A DNA stretch of 55,485 bases from Candidatus Fimenecus sp. (GTDB lineage: Bacteria; Bacillota; Clostridia; Oscillospirales; Acutalibacteraceae): assembly GCA_052273845.1 (NCBI GenBank), contig DAVZHM010000001.1, positions 1 to 55,485 on the forward strand. The letters are read 5' to 3'. Made by a program: the position numbers and the translations under genes. Under the pieces are notes generated by a model, which searched no databases, had not been told where the DNA came from, and was given only the letters and a program-made list of their open reading frames with translations. Below, piece by piece: positions 53,672 through 55,485 of the stretch (position 1 is the stretch's first letter; each line of letters begins with the position of its first letter).

Positions 53672-54046
53672 TTATTTCGTAGCCGCGCCGACGGTGAAAT
53701 CGACAATCGGATTGCCGTTGACGATATGGTCGTTGACGACTTTCACCGCTTTTTCGGCGGTCATTTTCACATAAGTGACTTTTTCTTTGCCGGGTTCTAA
53801 AACCTCAACAATCGGTTCATATTGGCACATACCGATGCAGCCGGTCTGCGAAACGGTAACGCCTTTCAAATCGCGTTTTGCAATTTCGTCCACAAATGCG
53901 TTCAAAACGGGACGCGCGCCCGCCGCAATGCCGCAGGTTGCCATGCCGACGACGATACGAACGTTATCATCACCCGTATCTTCACGCACGGTCATTTTCT
54001 TTTTCGCATTCTCACGAATTGCCATCAATTCTTCCAATGTTTTCAT
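53672..54046 (-). CDS. Small thioredoxin-like [2Fe-2S] ferredoxin-type protein
   Basis: VGMATCGIAAGA and TGCIGMCQYEP are present. The ATG at 54046 overlaps the upstream stop (ATGA). The longer track ORF has an Arg-rich, implausible N-terminus. Confidence 0.7.
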   Translation of the reverse strand: MKTLEELMAIRENAKKKMTVREDTGDDNVRIVVGMATCGIAAGARPVLNAFVDEIAKRDLKGVTVSQTGCIGMCQYEPIVEVLEPGKEKVTYVKMTAEKAVKVVNDHIVNGNPIVDFTVGAATK

Positions 54047-54597
54047 ACTGTAACACCTCCGTACAGAGCTTCTGTATTTTCTTTTATGAAGTCGCGCATC
54101 CATTGCATCACGGACGGTTCGGAAAGCGGCACGCCGCCGAGAATTTCGCAAATTTCCGCCGTGTCCAAAATGAATTCCCTGTCATTTACCTTGTGACGGT
54201 ACAGAAATTGGATTTCCGTATTCATACTCACAAGCGTGGTCACCGTAGAAGCCATATCGCCGAGCGGCGTGAAATCCACGCTGTCGGTGTGAAAAGTTGC
54301 TTTCACATTGGTACCGATGCCCACTTTCGATGAAATGGTGAGATTACCGCCCGTCTGTTCCGCCGCCATTTTAAACAGCGGCACACCCATACCGACCTTG
54401 CGGGTGGTGCGGGTGGTGTAAAACGGGTCAAGTACGCTTTTCACCTGTTCGTCGGTCATACCGCAGCCGTTGTCATAAATGCCGACGCACAAAGTGTGCT
54501 GTTCGGTATTTTCAACCACAACGATTTGAATTTGCGACGCACCTGCGGCAATGGAATTTTGTGCAATGTCCAGCACATTCAAAGATAGTTCGCGCAT
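54043..54597 (-). CDS. GHKL/histidine-kinase-like ATPase-domain protein embedded in the hydrogenase operon
   Basis: LNVLDIAQNS (N box), DNGCGM (G1) and GMGVPL (G2) are present. Confidence 0.75.
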   Translation of the reverse strand: MRELSLNVLDIAQNSIAAGASQIQIVVVENTEQHTLCVGIYDNGCGMTDEQVKSVLDPFYTTRTTRKVGMGVPLFKMAAEQTGGNLTISSKVGIGTNVKATFHTDSVDFTPLGDMASTVTTLVSMNTEIQFLYRHKVNDREFILDTAEICEILGGVPLSEPSVMQWMRDFIKENTEALYGGVTV

Positions 54598-55094
54598 CAG
54601 TTTTTATATTTCGCGAGAATGTCGGGCACATCGTCCTCGGTGATTTTGCCGTAAACTTCATCGTTGACGGTCAAAACGGGTGCAAGACCGCACGCGCCGA
54701 TGCAACGGCAAGCTTCAAGCGAGAAACGACCGTCCGCCGTGCATTCGCCGGCGTCAATGCCGAGTTCTTTCGTGAGTCGGTCCAAAATTTGCTGCGAACC
54801 TTTTACGTAGCAAGCCGTCCCCAGGCAGACCGAAATGTTGTTTTCCCCTTTCGGCGAGAGCGAGAACTGCGCGTAGAACGTGGAAACTCCGTAGACTTTC
54901 TCCAACGGAACATCCATTCCCTCGGCAATCATCACCTGCACTTCGTAGGGCAGGTAACCGTAGATTTCCTGCGCCTCCTGCATCACGTGCATCAGCAGGC
55001 TTTTGTCGCTCTTGGATTCGTCGATGACCGCTTGCAGTTTGGCAGCCTGTTCGGGTGTGCCGCGAAACGGAATCGAACTGATTTTCTTGAGCAT
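54597..55094 (-). CDS. hydC: NuoE-like [2Fe-2S] subunit of the hydrogenase
   Basis: The Cys pattern is VCLGTACYVKG ... CRCIGACGLAP. The ATG at 55094 follows AAAGGAGGA. Confidence 0.85.
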   Translation of the reverse strand: MLKKISSIPFRGTPEQAAKLQAVIDESKSDKSLLMHVMQEAQEIYGYLPYEVQVMIAEGMDVPLEKVYGVSTFYAQFSLSPKGENNISVCLGTACYVKGSQQILDRLTKELGIDAGECTADGRFSLEACRCIGACGLAPVLTVNDEVYGKITEDDVPDILAKYKN

Positions 55095-55278
55095 TTCTGT
55101 ATATCCTCCTTTGCGAATAATCGTATGTGCGCGGCGATGAGCGAGACGGTGTTTGAACCGGTCTGCCTTTTTACCGCGACGCATTCCAACGCATAAAACA
55201 GATTATAGCAGAAAGTATGTTAAAAATCTATCATTTTTTACAAAAAAACAATCAGTATTTTCATACTGATTGTCAATT

Positions 55279-55314
55279 TTCCATATTTTTGTGATTTTTT
55301 TAACAAAAGTTGAA
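55279..55314. promoter_or_regulatory. Rex-like operator candidates in the hydrogenase operon promoter region
   Basis: TTGTGATTTTTTTAACAA (55279-55296) compares with the recalled Clostridial Rex consensus TTGTTAA-N4-TTAACAA. A second TTCACAA half-site lies at 55308-55314. Confidence 0.35.
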
Positions 55315-55485
55315 TATTTCACAAAAATCTGTCTCAAATGATACAAATTCAATCGTGGGCTTGTGCGATTTCGGGAAAGCAAGTCTCGTAGAGTAATGAA
55401 AGTGCTGTCGGGAATGCGTCGGTCGGCATACCCGAGCAGGAAAGCAGTAACGATACCGTGCCGTTTTCGGCTGCGGCAGTGCGCA

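Overview
The window is a Clostridia-like chromosome segment interrupted by one large mobile element. All family calls come from motif recall by eye; no searches were run.

Layout, left to right:
- 1-1343: an AT-rich type II restriction-modification islet. It holds a DpnII-family endonuclease that looks frameshifted at the window edge, plus an intact methyltransferase.
- 1366-5953: GC-richer chromosomal genes. These are a DUF4874/DUF4832-like protein, an anaerobic sulfatase-maturating radical SAM enzyme, and a membrane-anchored Cys-type sulfatase.
- 6048-50046: a 43,999-bp, more AT-rich conjugative element.
- 50117-55094, minus strand: an electron-bifurcating-type [FeFe] hydrogenase operon (NuoE-like, GHKL ATPase, 2Fe-2S protein, NuoF-like, HydA). 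Rex-like boxes lie upstream.

Main result: the element is delimited exactly by 28-bp terminal inverted repeats (26/28 identical). These are flanked by a perfect 13-bp direct repeat, GAATTTGCCGAAC. The only recombinase I can find is an IS30-family DDE transposase placed just inside the left repeat. No tyrosine or serine recombinase is visible. It therefore looks like a giant transposon-type ICE.

Element cargo:
- ParA/ParB and a Rep-like wHTH protein.
- A surface-protein operon with a thioester/Cna-B sortase-anchored adhesin and a 1624-aa secreted protein.
- A 2945-aa polyvalent protein with ArdC-N, MutS domain I, N6-methyltransferase and SNF2 helicase modules.
- DpnD/PcfM-like, Fic/Doc-like and primase-like genes.
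- A candidate oriT followed by RHH, MobC and relaxase genes.
- A Firmicutes-type T4SS set: PcfB, coupling protein, Maff2, VirB6-like, PrgI, VirB4, M23 hydrolase.

Two further oddities:
- A complete TnpV-family ORF with its own Shine-Dalgarno lies out of frame inside the low-complexity linker of the giant ORF. Both frames stay open.
- A roughly 450-nt ORF-free, GC-enriched, hairpin-rich region sits at the right end. It has its own promoter, and its terminator is built into the right inverted repeat.

No CRISPR array, rRNA or tRNA was recognised.
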